From Candidatus Woesearchaeota archaeon (GTDB lineage Archaea; Nanobdellota; Nanobdellia; Woesearchaeales; JABGXB01), in NCBI GenBank assembly GCA_018675975.1, contig JABGXB010000002.1:124001-188000 (forward strand): DNA of 64,000 nt, read 5' to 3'. How positions within the stretch are numbered: the stretch's first letter is position 1; each line of letters opens with the position of its first letter. A program made the position numbers and the translations under genes. The notes under the pieces are model-generated. The model was not told the origin of the DNA. It worked only from the letters and a program-made list of their open reading frames with translations, and searched no databases. Positions 9,786 through 19,956 of this stretch are shown here, in pieces.

Positions 9786-9896
9786 CTTAATAAATCCAAA
9801 ACAGTCAAACTATAAATACATTTCTATAGGTGTGCTCACATTAGTTAGGGCTGAAAGGTTATTTATTTTAGTTGTTGTCTTAATATTATTATCAAT

Positions 9897-10808
9897 TTAA
9901 ATTTTATTTAAAATTTCAATTACATTTTTATTAAATTTTGAAAAAGCAAACCATTTGTTTCCAATATCTTTTAAAGAAGCTCCAATATGATAAACTTCTT
10001 TTTTATCAATTATTAAAAATCTATCATGAGATAATTTAAATTCTTTGATTTCAAGATTATTATATTGATCATTAAATTTTTTAATATCTAATTTTAATTG
10101 CTTTGATATAGTTTTAGTTAATATTTGAATTTCCACAGATTTATTTTTTTTACTAAGTAAAGTTAATGTATTTTCATCAATATAATTATCAATTAATATA
10201 ATTGACTCTTTTGCAGATTTAATTAAATCGGATGCAAACTTATATGCATCATATATTTGTCCATCAAAAAATATGCCTTTACTTGGTTTTATATTTTTAT
10301 CTTCAATGGCTTTAAAGATTTTTTCAAAAGTATTATCTGTTTTAATTTGATATTCTATTTGTTTATATTCAATATTATCTAAGCGTTGAAATATTTGTGC
10401 ATTATTATGAATAAAATTTTTCATTGTAATAAAAGAATTAATTATTTGAATGCTAATTTCAATAGCTATTTTACTTTTTAAAATTCCAGCAAGCATTGCA
10501 ACACCATGTTCAGTAAAGACAATTGGTTTATATCTTCGACCTCCTAAAGAACTCCAAATTTTAAGGCTAGAGGGGGTCTCAGCTGAGGTCACAAATTGTG
10601 ACCTCAAATTATTAATATCATTTTCTGATAATTTAAACATATAATTTTGGGGGAATCTGTCAATATTTCTTTTTATTGATTGATTTAATACTTTAGTTTT
10701 GATTTTAAATAATTTAGCTAAATCTTCATCTAGCATAATTTGTAATCCACGAATTGTATAAATTTTAGATTTTATATTATTTTGTTCTAATATAATATCT
10801 TTTTTCAT
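9897..10808 (-). CDS. ORF6N/KilA-N DNA-binding protein with C-terminal PLD-like domain
   Basis: IYTIRGLQIMLDEDLA..NQSIKRNIDRFP..FTEHGVAML; C-terminal HDRFLIID..YHIGASLKD. Confidence 0.9.
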   Translation of the reverse strand: MKKDIILEQNNIKSKIYTIRGLQIMLDEDLAKLFKIKTKVLNQSIKRNIDRFPQNYMFKLSENDINNLRSQFVTSAETPSSLKIWSSLGGRRYKPIVFTEHGVAMLAGILKSKIAIEISIQIINSFITMKNFIHNNAQIFQRLDNIEYKQIEYQIKTDNTFEKIFKAIEDKNIKPSKGIFFDGQIYDAYKFASDLIKSAKESIILIDNYIDENTLTLLSKKNKSVEIQILTKTISKQLKLDIKKFNDQYNNLEIKEFKLSHDRFLIIDKKEVYHIGASLKDIGNKWFAFSKFNKNVIEILNKI

Positions 10809-10884
10809 ACTATTATATTAATTTTTAGAAATATAAGTTAAATGAAAAAAATATTGAAAACTATTCAAAAAAATTAAATTAATT

Positions 10885-12669
10885 TCATCCTTTCTTTTTT
10901 AATTGTGCTTTTGTTTGATTATTTAAATCCAAACCTAAATCTACTAAAGCCGCTTTTTCAATTAAACTTGGACTGTGATCCATTGGATTTTCTTTATTTT
11001 TGTTTTTTGGAAATGCAATAACATCTTTAATATTATCACTCCCGCAAATAATCATAACTAATCGTTCAACACCAGCTGCAAATCCACCATGAGGAGGTGC
11101 ACCATAAGAAAATGCTTTTAATAGAAACCCAAATTTATTTTCAACTTCTTCTTTTGACATTCCAATTATATCAAAAACCTTTTTTTGAATTTTAGGATCA
11201 TGAATTCTAATTGAACCACTATGAACTTCATATCCATTAATTACAAAATCATAAAGTGTTGCAGTTACTTTTAATGGATCTTTATCTAATAATTTTAAAT
11301 CTTCTGCCTTTGGCATTGAAAAAGGATGATGACAAGCTTCAATTTTACCTTCATCAGTCATCTCAAATAAAGGATAGTCAACAACCCATAATGCTCTATA
11401 TTCATCATCTGAATATAATTTTAAATCTTTACCTAATTTACATCTTAATTGATCTAATACATTATTAGTTCTTTTTAATTTATCTGCAATAAATAAAATT
11501 AAATCTCCATTAGATGCATCCACTGATTTTTTTAATTCATTTAAAACATCCTCATTAAAAAATTTAACAACACTACTTTGAAATTCACCTTCTATATATT
11601 TCATCCAAGCAAGACCTTTTCCACCAGCACTAATTACAAATTCAATTAATTTATCAATTTCTTTTCTACTCATCTGTTGTGCAGCACCTTTAACATTAAT
11701 ACATTTTACAACACCATCATTATTGATAGCATCATTAAATACAGAAAAATCAGATTTATTAACTATATCAGACACATCAATAAATTCTAAACCAAAACGC
11801 ATATCAGGTTTATCAGTTCCCCATTTATTCATACACTCCGAATAAGAAACAATTTCAATTTTACCAGATAATTTTTTTCCACATGCCTTAAATATTTCTT
11901 TATATAAATTATTACCCAATTCAATAATATCACTTTGATCAACAAAAGACATTTCTAAATCAATTTGTGTAAATTCTGGTTGACGATCAGCCCTATTATC
12001 TTCATCACGAAAACATCTAGCCATTTGATAATATCTATCACACCCACCAGCCATTAATAATTGCTTATATAATTGCGGAGATTGTGGAAGAGAATATGCA
12101 TAACCATTATGAGTTGAACTAGGAACAATATAATCTTTTGCACCTTCAGGAGTTGACTTAATTAAACAAGGAGTCTCAATTTCTAAAAAATTATTTTTAT
12201 TTAAAAACGCTCTTGCAGAAGTTAATATTTTATGACGAACTAATAATCGTTCTTGATTAATTGGTCTACGTAAATCAATATATCTATATTCATGTCTTAT
12301 ATCCTCATTAGTTTCAATATTATTTTCAACTTCAAAAGGGGGAGTTAAAGATTCATTTAATATTTCAATATCATCAACAATTATTTCAATTTCACCAGTA
12401 ATTAATTTAGGATTAACCATCCCCTCTTTTCTATCACGGACTTTTCCACTTACAGAGACAACCCATTCCCTTCTTAATTTTTCTGCAGCAGCATGAGTAT
12501 TTTTATTATGTCTTGGATCAAAAACAATTTGAGTAAGTCCATATTTATCTCTCAAATCAATAAAAATTACACCACCATGATCTCTTCTTGACTGTACCCA
12601 ACCACAAAGTTTAACTTCCTCTTTAATATTATCTTTTTTTAATTCATTATTTGTATGTGTTCGCATCAT
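10885..12669 (-). CDS. aspS: Aspartate--tRNA ligase, bacterial type with GAD insert
   Basis: RTH, GWVQSRRDHGG, LPQSPQLYKQ, CFRDED, GAD domain, HHPF, GAPPHGG. Confidence 0.95.
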   Translation of the reverse strand: MMRTHTNNELKKDNIKEEVKLCGWVQSRRDHGGVIFIDLRDKYGLTQIVFDPRHNKNTHAAAEKLRREWVVSVSGKVRDRKEGMVNPKLITGEIEIIVDDIEILNESLTPPFEVENNIETNEDIRHEYRYIDLRRPINQERLLVRHKILTSARAFLNKNNFLEIETPCLIKSTPEGAKDYIVPSSTHNGYAYSLPQSPQLYKQLLMAGGCDRYYQMARCFRDEDNRADRQPEFTQIDLEMSFVDQSDIIELGNNLYKEIFKACGKKLSGKIEIVSYSECMNKWGTDKPDMRFGLEFIDVSDIVNKSDFSVFNDAINNDGVVKCINVKGAAQQMSRKEIDKLIEFVISAGGKGLAWMKYIEGEFQSSVVKFFNEDVLNELKKSVDASNGDLILFIADKLKRTNNVLDQLRCKLGKDLKLYSDDEYRALWVVDYPLFEMTDEGKIEACHHPFSMPKAEDLKLLDKDPLKVTATLYDFVINGYEVHSGSIRIHDPKIQKKVFDIIGMSKEEVENKFGFLLKAFSYGAPPHGGFAAGVERLVMIICGSDNIKDVIAFPKNKNKENPMDHSPSLIEKAALVDLGLDLNNQTKAQLKKKG

Positions 12670-12685
12670 TTTTTTATTCCATATT

Positions 12686-15544
12686 TTATTCTAATACAAT
12701 TGCAGGTTTAGAAGGTAAACCATTATTTCTTTTTTCATGTGAATCTACAATCACAATAGTTGATTTAAATTCATTTTCTAAAAAAGATTTTACATTTTCA
12801 ATTAATTTTTTTTCAACCTTAATATCAAAATATTTATCCAATCCATCACCTAATGTTTTAGGAACAAATTTTGATATAAACTTTTTATCATCAGGAAATT
12901 TCTCATTTAATGATTTTAAAATTGTTTTAAAATCACGAGTTTTATTTAATAATTCATTAAGATCATCAAACAATTTAAATTTACTTTTTTGTGCTTGAAC
13001 TAAAATAATTTTAGAAAAATCTTTATCTTTATTATTTTCAATTGCACGAGATATAGATTTAACTAAATTTTCAATTATAGCTTCCACTTCTTCAATATCT
13101 TTTTTAATATATTTATCAATATTTTTAAAATTAAAAGTCTGTAAACTTAAACAAATATCACTATCATCAATTTTTGAATTTATTTCTTCAGCATAATGTG
13201 GAATTACAGGACAAAGTAAAAGTAAATAATCTTTTAATATAAATCTAATTACATCAATTGTTTCTTTCTCACCACAAATTCTTTCATGATAATTAATATC
13301 ATTTAAAAAATCATATAAAATATTAATATGTGCATCACGAATTCTCATAGAATCCATAAACTCAAAATAACTTTTTGCATGTGAATAAAATTTAGAGATT
13401 AACCATTTATTTCTCTGAGAAAAATCACTATATTGTTTTGATTTATTTTTAACAGAAGCTAATAATAATTCCTTTAATTTTTCAAATTTATTTTTTAACT
13501 GGAATAATTCATCATCACGAAAATCCATTTCAGCTTCATAAGTTGCACCAACCGCAACATATAATCTAAATAAATCAACACCAAATGAATCTTTTACTTT
13601 AATTAATGGCAGACCATTACCTTTAGACTTTGATATTTTTTTACCATCACGAATTAATAAACCAGCAACAGTAATATTTTTTATATGATGTACTTCTGGA
13701 AAAATAAGTGCATAATGATAAATTAAAAAAGATAAATGATTTGACATATGAGGAGGATTCGTATATCTCATATCAACTGCCTTCCAATAATTAATTTCTT
13801 TTTTAATTTCTAGAATTAATTTTTTATCAATTTTTGTAGATTCACAAATCAAAGTAAGATTCCCCTTATCTAAAAAAATATAATCAAAAAATTCAATAGT
13901 TAATTGTTTAGATTTAATTTTATTTTTTATTATATTATTTACAATTAAATAAAACATTTGATATATAGTAGAATCTGATAATGATTCTATAACCCATTCT
14001 TTATCTAATGGCAATGGAGTACCAATACCCCTTTTTCTTGCACAAGGTCTCATTTTAACCCACTCAAGATAACCATTTTGTGAATTTTTTAATGAACTTG
14101 GAAGATATTCCATATTTTTTAACAAATCATATGCCTTTTGTTTAACTTCTGGTTTACTATAATCTAAAAACCATTGTTCATCTAATACTGCAACAATAAT
14201 TTCATTTTTTGCACGAGTTATAGCACGTCTAGATGTTTCATAAATAATTCCACCCAAATTTAATTCACTAAGTTTTTGGCTAACTTTATCTTTTACAAAT
14301 TTAATTGGAATTCCATTAAATTCACCACATAATTCATTTAATACTCCACCATAATGTTCTTCTTTGTATAATTCTTGTTTAGCACTTTCTAAAAAATCTG
14401 AATCATTTGAATTTTTAATTTTAAATTTATTACATTTATCCTCAGCTGGACAACTTCCACTATATTTAATCACATTACCTTTTTTATCTTTTGTAATCAC
14501 AGTATTTATTACATTCAAATCATTAGAAACTCTACCCTCTTTTTTCGCTTCAACTAAAGCAATATAATCATGAGGTGCACCTGCAGGTGAAGAATAAACA
14601 ACACCAGTTCCATGTCTAGAATCAATAATATTATCTGCTTTTGCAATAATAACTGATCTATTAACTATTGGAACAATAACATTTTTCCCAATATATTTTT
14701 TCGCATCAACTGCCTCTAAAACTTCAACACCATCAAATTGATGTTCAATTTTTTCTAATGCATCTTTTGCTACAATCCAAATTTGATTATTAACTTTTAT
14801 TTTAACTAATTTAATTTTCGTACTTAACCATAAATTAGTTGTACCAAAAATTGCATCTGGTCTTAAAGTAGCAATTACAAAATGTTCATCACTCGCTTCA
14901 CACTTAAATAAAATATAATTCATTTCCTGTATGGATACCTTATCAGTATCCCCATCTTTTATATCATCCTCACCAACTGCATTTTTATCATTTGGTGAAT
15001 ATAAAATAGGATATTTACCTTGAACTAAAACACCTAAATCATGTAAATGTTTAAATTGCCATTCAATAAATTTTTGATATATTTTATCCCCCGTTGTAAA
15101 CTGTCTAGACCAATCAATACTAAGTCCAACTGAATTAAAAGTATCTTCAATTTTTGATGAAAAAAATTTAGCAATTTCTTTTGGATCTTTAAATGAATTA
15201 ATTAATTTATTTTGTTCATTTTTATCCTTAACAAAATCTGAAATTGACTCTTTTACTTTTTCAATTTCTTTAGAATCATTTCTACAAATACCATCTGATA
15301 CAGCAAGAACAGGAGTACCAGAAACATGAAACCCCATAGGATATAAAACATTTTCACCTTTAGCTCTATGAAATCTTGCAATAATATCAGCCATAGTAAA
15401 TGTTCTACCATGACCTATGTGTAAAATTGAATTAGCATAAGGATATGGAACTGTCAGAAAAAAAGTTTTTTTTGACTTTTCAATTTTTGGCATAAAACAT
15501 TTATTTTTAATCCAATATTTTTGCCACTTAGTTTCATAGTTCAT
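12686..15544 (-). CDS. leuS: Leucine--tRNA ligase, archaeal type
   Basis: VPYPYAN, HIGH, DWSR, CP1 editing domain, ESLSDSTIY, KISKS; ATG 15544. Confidence 0.95.
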   Translation of the reverse strand: MNYETKWQKYWIKNKCFMPKIEKSKKTFFLTVPYPYANSILHIGHGRTFTMADIIARFHRAKGENVLYPMGFHVSGTPVLAVSDGICRNDSKEIEKVKESISDFVKDKNEQNKLINSFKDPKEIAKFFSSKIEDTFNSVGLSIDWSRQFTTGDKIYQKFIEWQFKHLHDLGVLVQGKYPILYSPNDKNAVGEDDIKDGDTDKVSIQEMNYILFKCEASDEHFVIATLRPDAIFGTTNLWLSTKIKLVKIKVNNQIWIVAKDALEKIEHQFDGVEVLEAVDAKKYIGKNVIVPIVNRSVIIAKADNIIDSRHGTGVVYSSPAGAPHDYIALVEAKKEGRVSNDLNVINTVITKDKKGNVIKYSGSCPAEDKCNKFKIKNSNDSDFLESAKQELYKEEHYGGVLNELCGEFNGIPIKFVKDKVSQKLSELNLGGIIYETSRRAITRAKNEIIVAVLDEQWFLDYSKPEVKQKAYDLLKNMEYLPSSLKNSQNGYLEWVKMRPCARKRGIGTPLPLDKEWVIESLSDSTIYQMFYLIVNNIIKNKIKSKQLTIEFFDYIFLDKGNLTLICESTKIDKKLILEIKKEINYWKAVDMRYTNPPHMSNHLSFLIYHYALIFPEVHHIKNITVAGLLIRDGKKISKSKGNGLPLIKVKDSFGVDLFRLYVAVGATYEAEMDFRDDELFQLKNKFEKLKELLLASVKNKSKQYSDFSQRNKWLISKFYSHAKSYFEFMDSMRIRDAHINILYDFLNDINYHERICGEKETIDVIRFILKDYLLLLCPVIPHYAEEINSKIDDSDICLSLQTFNFKNIDKYIKKDIEEVEAIIENLVKSISRAIENNKDKDFSKIILVQAQKSKFKLFDDLNELLNKTRDFKTILKSLNEKFPDDKKFISKFVPKTLGDGLDKYFDIKVEKKLIENVKSFLENEFKSTIVIVDSHEKRNNGLPSKPAIVLE

Positions 15545-15702
15545 AATATAATATTGTCGTCGTATACAATATATAAACTTTATTCTAAAAATCAAAACTT
15601 TACAACAATCAAACTATTTAGCGTGACTCAACGAGTTTTAAACAATGATTTTGAGTTTTATAATAGGCTACATTTATAAATTATTTTTACAATATACATT
15701 AT

Positions 15703-15972
15703 ATGTCAGATCCATTAACAGAATACATATTAAAATGTAGAGAAAGTTATTTTGCAGATGATTTAATAAAACAAAAATTAATTAATTCTGGAAATAAAAT
15801 TGAAGATATTGATTTAGCATTTGAAAAATTAAAATTATCAGATGACGAACATCCTCTAGGAATTAATGATGAACACACACCACATATTAGTTCATCAAAA
15901 TTTAATATAATAATGACAATTGTCATATTAATAGTCTTAACATTATTAGCATATTTTTTATATTGGATATAA
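15703..15972 (+). CDS. Small hypothetical protein with C-terminal TM helix
   Basis: 89-aa ORF, TATA box upstream, hydrophobic C-terminus. Confidence 0.6.
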   Translation: MSDPLTEYILKCRESYFADDLIKQKLINSGNKIEDIDLAFEKLKLSDDEHPLGINDEHTPHISSSKFNIIMTIVILIVLTLLAYFLYWI

Positions 15973-16002
15973 TAAAAATATTTAAAAAAATAAATTAAAA
16001 AA

Positions 16003-16221
16003 TTAATGTCTTTTAAATTCACTAATCAGAGTCATATTATCAACGTGACCCATAAAAACTTGTCTACAACAAACTCTCTCAAAACCAACAAAATCTAAAG
16101 CTTGTTTTCTAGCTTCACTTTCATCCATTTCTTTTTTTAATTCTTCGAATTTTTCAACATAAGCATCCCAATGTCTACCCACTGGTTTACCACAACTTTT
16201 ACATCTAACTTCAATTAACAT
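16003..16221 (-). CDS. rpoN: RNA polymerase subunit Rpo10 (N)
   Basis: VRCKSCGK...RVCCR; conserved operon position. Confidence 0.95.
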   Translation of the reverse strand: MLIEVRCKSCGKPVGRHWDAYVEKFEELKKEMDESEARKQALDFVGFERVCCRQVFMGHVDNMTLISEFKRH

Positions 16222-16228
16222 TTTTCAC

Positions 16229-16624
16229 CTATCTGTATGATTTTTGTCTTTTAGCTCTAGGCTTTGACCTATTTGGATGAGATTTTTCATTTCTCCTAAT
16301 ATCTGCAATAATCAATTGTCTGTCATAATCTAAATAAACTTTCTTTAAATTTTTATCAACTTCAACAAAAGCTCTTGCAATTGCTAATCTAATCGCATCT
16401 GATTGACCTGATATTCCACCACCATTACATCTAATTGAAATATCATAATTTTTAACTAAATTTTCTGCAAGTAATATAGGTTCCATTATTTTATTTTTAT
16501 ACATTAAAGGTTTTTCATAATTATCAATTAAAACTTTATTAATTCTAATTTTTCCAGTACCTTTTTTTAATGTTGCATGCGCAATTGCACTTTTTCTTTT
16601 ACCGCTTGATTGTATATTTTTCAT
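16229..16624 (-). CDS. rps9: 30S ribosomal protein uS9
   Basis: GKRKSAIA, GGGISGQ, RAKRQKSYR. Confidence 0.97.
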   Translation of the reverse strand: MKNIQSSGKRKSAIAHATLKKGTGKIRINKVLIDNYEKPLMYKNKIMEPILLAENLVKNYDISIRCNGGGISGQSDAIRLAIARAFVEVDKNLKKVYLDYDRQLIIADIRRNEKSHPNRSKPRAKRQKSYR

Positions 16625-17040
16625 AATTTAGCCCCCAAGTGCTTACAAATACTCTCTAATAAAACATATTTATCTGAATTTGATTTATCCATTGATGCGC
16701 TTTCAATTGAAATAGTTTCCTTACCATTTAATTCAACTGGAATACCCTTAAAACATTTAATTCTTGAAAGTGCCTCTCTACCTCTTGAAGTTTTATGCGG
16801 AAGCATTCCTCTGATCATTCTTTTTAATAATCTATCAGGTTGTTTTGGAACAAAAGGACCTTTTTCCGGTTTTCCCATATCAATTTTTCTTTTATATTTA
16901 GCAAAAACCATTTTTTTATCACCAGTAATTACACACTTTTGACTATTAACAATTCTTACTTCCTCTCCATTAAGTGCCATCTTTGCAATTTTCGTTGCAA
17001 ATCTTCCTATAATTAAATTTGTTACATCCACTATTATCAT
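16621..17040 (-). CDS. rpl13: 50S ribosomal protein uL13
   Basis: IIGRFA, GPFVP, RGMLPHK. Confidence 0.95.
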   Translation of the reverse strand: MIIVDVTNLIIGRFATKIAKMALNGEEVRIVNSQKCVITGDKKMVFAKYKRKIDMGKPEKGPFVPKQPDRLLKRMIRGMLPHKTSRGREALSRIKCFKGIPVELNGKETISIESASMDKSNSDKYVLLESICKHLGAKL

Positions 17041-17044
17041 AAAA

Positions 17045-17398
17045 TCACCCAATTAATATTGTATTTTTTGGTTTATCATCCATTAATTTTTCAAATGAAT
17101 GCACCTTACAACCAGCTTTTGTTAATTTCTCCATTGCAGTAAATGAAACTTTATGCACATAAACAGTTAACTTATGTCCAACATTACCAACAGATAATAT
17201 TTTACCAGGAATTACAACTGTTTGATTTTCTTTAGTTTTTCTACTCAACTTATGTAAATTTATACTAATTTGTTTTTGTTTAGGTCTTGATAAATATTTA
17301 GCAAGAACTGCATAAAGTTTTTCAGTTCTCCCAATTTTTTTAAGTTTATCCACTAATAAAATCGTTCCAATTTCTTTTTTTAATACTTTTTTTGCCAT
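17045..17398 (-). CDS. rpl18e: 50S ribosomal protein eL18
   Basis: INLHKL, VVIPGKILSVG; operon position. Confidence 0.92.
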   Translation of the reverse strand: MAKKVLKKEIGTILLVDKLKKIGRTEKLYAVLAKYLSRPKQKQISINLHKLSRKTKENQTVVIPGKILSVGNVGHKLTVYVHKVSFTAMEKLTKAGCKVHSFEKLMDDKPKNTILIG

Positions 17399-17414
17399 TT
17401 TATTTTCTTATAAT

Positions 17415-18104
17415 TTAATTTTTAATTTCTTTTAATAGTTCATTACATTGACTATTAATATGATCAAGTGCTTTATCTAGTAAAACATTAGGTTCAATTT
17501 GTCCCCATGACTCAACTGTAAAAACAATATCATCATTTTCTTTAATTACTGTATCTTGTGTATCAATATTTTTTCCAAAAATAGGACAATCCCCATCTTG
17601 TTTTGTTGAATCAACCCATTGTGGTTTATATGAATAAAATACATGAGCAGGAGCCCACTTTGCATGTTCATTACCATTATTTACACAAGCTTTTCCAGTC
17701 GCTTTCAAAGTTTGATTTTCTTTTAATAATGTAATAGGATCTTTTCCACTAACTGGTTTAATACTTGGATCTTTAAATTTCAAATCTTCAGATGTTACAA
17801 TGCACGGTCCACTTACTTCTAATGAAAACTCAACTTCATTTTTTGCAGAACCTAGTTCTTCACTAACTCTAATTTCATCATATACATCCACATCAGTAAC
17901 TAAAGGAATTAAACCCAATCTGTGTGCAACTGTTTCATCATAATGTGCAGATTCATTTGTATAAATTTCCACATCCTCAACTGCAAGTACAGGAATACTT
18001 CTAATTATAGTTCTTCTAATTGCATTGCATAATGAAATATCAATTTGTTTAAATAAATAAACATTAATTAATGGTTTTGAATTATCGATTAATCTAATTT
18101 CCAT
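17415..18104 (-). CDS. rpoD: RNA polymerase subunit Rpo3 (D)
   Basis: NAIRR..IPVLAVE, DETVAHRLGLIPL, EHAKW, VESWGQ. Confidence 0.95.
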   Translation of the reverse strand: MEIRLIDNSKPLINVYLFKQIDISLCNAIRRTIIRSIPVLAVEDVEIYTNESAHYDETVAHRLGLIPLVTDVDVYDEIRVSEELGSAKNEVEFSLEVSGPCIVTSEDLKFKDPSIKPVSGKDPITLLKENQTLKATGKACVNNGNEHAKWAPAHVFYSYKPQWVDSTKQDGDCPIFGKNIDTQDTVIKENDDIVFTVESWGQIEPNVLLDKALDHINSQCNELLKEIKN

Positions 18105-18105
18105 T

Positions 18106-18669
18106 TTAAGGTCTCCGTCCTCTTCGCCCACCTTTCTTTCTACAACCATCGTGAGGAACAGGTGTTAAATCTACAATTGTTCCGATCTTAAAACCCATTC
18201 TAGATAAAGATCGAATTGCAGCTTGCGCTCCAGGGCCTGGATTACTTGGACCATTATGTCCACCTGGTGCCTTTATTCTTACATGTAAACCATTAATACC
18301 TTTTTCTCTTGCTTCTTCAGCAACTTTTTTAGCAGCCATCATTGCCGCATTAGGTGAAGGTTCCAATCTATGTACTTTTACTACCATACCACCAGATGCC
18401 TTTGAAATTGTTTCAGTTCCAGTAACATCAGTAATATGAATTATTGTATTATTATGTGATGAATAAATATGACAATTTGCCCATAATATTTCTTTTCTTT
18501 TTTTTACAAAAGTATTGGGTTTTGAATCTGTTTTTACTTCTTTTTTTATTTCTTTTTTTACTTCTGTTTTTTCCGTTTTAGTTTCTGTTTTTGCTTCTGT
18601 TTTTACTTCTGCTTTTGCTTCTGTTTTTACTTCTGCTTTTGATTCAGTTTTATTATTTTCTTCACTCAT
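18106..18669 (-). CDS. rps11: 30S ribosomal protein uS11 with K/E/T-rich N-terminal extension
   Basis: [36 protein letters not shown]. Confidence 0.97.
   Translation of the reverse strand: MSEENNKTESKAEVKTEAKAEVKTEAKTETKTEKTEVKKEIKKEVKTDSKPNTFVKKRKEILWANCHIYSSHNNTIIHITDVTGTETISKASGGMVVKVHRLEPSPNAAMMAAKKVAEEAREKGINGLHVRIKAPGGHNGPSNPGPGAQAAIRSLSRMGFKIGTIVDLTPVPHDGCRKKGGRRGRRP
18593..18640. repeat. Perfect 24-bp tandem repeat (2 copies) in the uS11 N-terminal extension
   Basis: GCTTCTGTTTTTACTTCTGCTTTT twice; encodes a [12 protein letters not shown] repeat. Confidence 0.85.
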
Positions 18670-19312
18670 TTTTTACAACCTCCTCAACAGATTTCACTTC
18701 ACTATCAGCTTTAACAGTTTCAGTTTTAATTTCTACTTTTGCTTCATCATTTTTAGATTTAGACTCTTTTTCAGTTTCTTCAACTTCTTCTACTACTATT
18801 TCAATTTTTCTTTCAGGATGATTTTCATCACTTAAATTTGATCTTGGAGAAAATGAAATTTTTTCCTCATCAGTAACTGAAACTAAAAAACTTGGAACAT
18901 CAACTTTAATTTCATTTACAGAAACATGTCTATGAACAATAAATTGTCTTGATTGTTTCATAGTTCTTGATAATCCACTTTTAACAATAATTGATTGTAA
19001 TCTTCTTTGTAAAATGTCTCTTACAGTTAATGCCAAAATATCAACTAAATTTTGTGTTTCAGAAAGTAAACCTAATCTTTTTACTTTACCCATTAAATTA
19101 TTTTTTTCTAATTCACCTTGATTAGAATTATCAATAACTAATTGCTTAGCTTGTCTTTTAAAAGAACTTAATTTTGCTTGCATTTTCCATAATTCTTTTT
19201 TATTTTTTAAACCGAATTCTTTTACTAAATCATGCTCACTAGAAATTCTATCCTTATTCCAAGGATGTTTTGGTTTTTGATAAGTTTTTTTTCTTTTTTT
19301 AGGATCGCCCAT
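18662..19312 (-). CDS. rps4: 30S ribosomal protein uS4
   Basis: [31 protein letters not shown]. Confidence 0.97.
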   Translation of the reverse strand: MGDPKKRKKTYQKPKHPWNKDRISSEHDLVKEFGLKNKKELWKMQAKLSSFKRQAKQLVIDNSNQGELEKNNLMGKVKRLGLLSETQNLVDILALTVRDILQRRLQSIIVKSGLSRTMKQSRQFIVHRHVSVNEIKVDVPSFLVSVTDEEKISFSPRSNLSDENHPERKIEIVVEEVEETEKESKSKNDEAKVEIKTETVKADSEVKSVEEVVKNE

Positions 19313-19318
19313 TTTAAA

Positions 19319-19759
19319 TTACCTTTTTTTTATAACTACTGTTTTTCTTTTTCTAAAATTACATTTAGTTCTTTGTCCTCTTACAGGCAGTTTTTGAGCT
19401 AATCTTAATCCTCTATAAGATCTTATTCTACCAAGTCTTGTTTTATCATTACCTTGAATATAATTAATATCACCTAAAACTAAGTGTTTGTTTTCACCAG
19501 TTTCATAATCTTTTTGTCTATTTAATAACCAAGTAGGAATGTGATCGCTAATTGTCTTAATTTTACCTTCTATCATTTTTATTTGATCATCAGTTAAAGC
19601 TCCAGCTTTCATTAAGGGATTTAAATTTGCAACCCTACATAAAATATTAGCTAAATTTTTTCCAATACCCTTAATTCTCATAAGAGATATTTTTAATGCT
19701 TTTTCACCTTTCAAATCAGTATTCATTAACCTGATGATTTTTCTTATTTCTTGTGTCAT
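19319..19759 (-). CDS. rps13: 30S ribosomal protein uS13
   Basis: IKGIG, WLLNRQKD, YRGLR, LPVRGQRT. Confidence 0.97.
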   Translation of the reverse strand: MTQEIRKIIRLMNTDLKGEKALKISLMRIKGIGKNLANILCRVANLNPLMKAGALTDDQIKMIEGKIKTISDHIPTWLLNRQKDYETGENKHLVLGDINYIQGNDKTRLGRIRSYRGLRLAQKLPVRGQRTKCNFRKRKTVVIKKR

Positions 19760-19956
19760 TTTTCTTTAAATATAGCATATAGAATCAGTTTCTATAATGC
19801 CACAGGTCGTTTTTAAAACAGTTTGTCCCCGTTAATTAAATCTTAATATATAATATTAAGGCATCATTTTGTATATTATTAGACTAAATAATATATCATA
19901 TAATTGAAAGTAAAATGGTGTATTTATAAGCTTATGTGAAAAATTATGAGAAAAAA

